Made by a program: the position numbers and the translations under genes. From the NCBI GenBank assembly GCA_947457195.1, contig CANGUU010000007.1, positions 2,967-66,966 of the forward strand: DNA of 64,000 nt, read 5' to 3'. Numbering within the stretch: the stretch's first letter is position 1; every line of letters begins with the position of its first letter. The notes beneath the pieces are model-generated. The model ran no database searches. It saw only the letters and a list, made by a program, of their open reading frames with translations, and had not been told where the DNA came from. Below are positions 63,110 through 64,000 of the stretch, in pieces. Origin of the DNA: Gammaproteobacteria bacterium. GTDB lineage: Bacteria; Pseudomonadota; Gammaproteobacteria; Pseudomonadales; Pseudohongiellaceae.

Positions 63110-64000
63110 CTCCCGCCGGTATCTCGAGGTCGAGCTCGGGCTTGATCACGTCGCGTTCGCCGCGGGCCGCGTCGATCTGCTCACTGACCTCGGCTGCCTG
63201 CAGCACCAGGCTCTGCAGCTGCGCGAGGTAGTCGGCGGAGGAGAGGCTGTTGCGTCGCAGCTGCAGCTCTTCGATCTGTGCATCGAGCTGCTGGCGCCGT
63301 TCGATCAGCCGGGTCATGGCGTCGTCACCGCTGGCTTCGGCGATCTCGGTCTTGAGCTGCAGCGCATTCAGTCGCGACAGGTTGAACTGGGCGGCCCCGT
63401 CGCCGCGCAGCTGGGCATGTTCGGTGGCGAGTTTGCCTTCGTCCTGGAAGTAGGCCGACACCCGGCCATCGGCGTAATCGAAGGCTTCCTGGATGCTTAT
63501 GCTGTTGTTCTTGTTGAGATCGGCTTCGGTCACGGTCAGTGCATCGGCGAAGAAGCGTCCGAACTGGGTGGCATTGCGCTCGTTGCCGTTGCGGGTGCCG
63601 GCGATCAGCAGGTACTTGCTTTCTGCGGCAGCGTCGGCTGCCGGGCGCGCCGCGGGCCGCGCCGGCGCATCGTCGCGTGGTGCCGGTGCACCGGTGATCT
63701 GTTCCACCAGCGCGCCGCTGGCGCTGCCGGTGCTGACGAGGAAGTGCGTGCCGCCGGGCAGTTTTTCCAGCACGTCCTTCAGGTCGCCGTGGGTCAGATC
63801 GGGGCCGGGGATGTTGAACTTGTAGGTTTCCCCGTCGAAGCTGCCGTGACCGAGCAGGTAGATGGCCGCGCGGTCACCGGCCTGCATCTTCTTGCCGAGG
63901 TCGGCGAAATGGCCGAGCACGGCCGTACGGGTGGCAGCCTCTCCGCTGAAAGTGAACAGCTTGTCGGCGTCGGTCATGGACTCCGATGCCGCCACCACTT
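63093..64000 (-). CDS. Caspase/C13-like fold protein with C-terminal coiled coil (5' end outside window)
   Basis: This partial ORF runs off the window. The His-Gly motif is IYLLGHGSFDG, and FLVSTGSASGAL sits where C13/C14 peptidases carry the A-C-x-S-G nucleophile. Later segments typical of caspase-like proteins are FGRFFADALTVTEADLNKNNSISIQEAFDYADGRV and ATEHAQLRG. A coiled coil follows (QLDAQIEELQLRR). Its stop overlaps the next gene by 17 nt. Confidence 0.45.
   Translation of the reverse strand, partial: VVAASESMTDADKLFTFSGEAATRTAVLGHFADLGKKMQAGDRAAIYLLGHGSFDGETYKFNIPGPDLTHGDLKDVLEKLPGGTHFLVSTGSASGALVEQITGAPAPRDDAPARPAARPAADAAAESKYLLIAGTRNGNERNATQFGRFFADALTVTEADLNKNNSISIQEAFDYADGRVSAYFQDEGKLATEHAQLRGDGAAQFNLSRLNALQLKTEIAEASGDDAMTRLIERRQQLDAQIEELQLRRNSLSSADYLAQLQSLVLQAAEVSEQIDAARGERDVIKPELDLEIPAGGGLGQ

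Overview
High-GC, gammaproteobacterial-style chromosomal window. The synteny rppH-ptsP ... lgt-thyA-folA is typical of that group. I call about 55 protein genes. I saw no rRNA, tRNA, CRISPR array, transposase or integrase. All family calls come from reading motifs in the supplied translations, not from searches.

There are three blocks.

(1) 1-27 kb is an accessory cell-surface locus.
- A TolC/HlyD/ABC type I secretion operon sits on the minus strand, preceded by a Crp/Fnr-family regulator.
- A divergent three-gene envelope sensor module follows: FecR-domain protein, CHASE2 class III nucleotide cyclase, and a TPR plus outer-membrane beta-barrel protein.
- Next is a 1200-aa Cys-free RTX protein that looks like an RsaA-type S-layer protein. 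It has a strong RBS and a textbook terminator.
- A visibly lower-GC glycan island comes next: methyltransferase, two GT4, SapC, GT2, SDR epimerase, rfbC and rfbB.
- The block ends with a secreted matrixin protease pair.
- The observation I rate highest: two CRP-type boxes lie exactly in the two key promoter regions of this locus. One is a perfect TGTGA-N6-TCACA 117 bp upstream of the S-layer gene. The other is a 9/10 match in the regulator/sensor divergent promoter. Both sit at class II or class I-like distances from plausible -10 hexamers. This suggests a cyclic-nucleotide/CRP-wired S-layer circuit.

(2) 27-48 kb is housekeeping: rep, comM, ubiK, glnB, rsmE, a ubiH-family hydroxylase, an iron ABC importer lacking an ATPase gene, gcvH, rppH, ptsP, copA, lgt, thyA, folA, an FAD monooxygenase, a membrane-cupin fusion and rlmJ.

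(3) 48-64 kb starts with a hipBA toxin-antitoxin pair beside a strikingly AT-rich 120-bp spacer, then ubiX and uup.
- A long, tightly packed minus-strand operon follows. It extends a MoxR-DUF58-VWA core with a caspase/C13-like protein (apparent Cys to Ser at the nucleophile position), a TPR-flanked HEXXH gluzincin, a 1260-aa Q/G-rich membrane protein and RidA.
- That operon is the second candidate for a poorly described system.

Many long antisense ORFs in the track are high-GC shadow ORFs and were not called.
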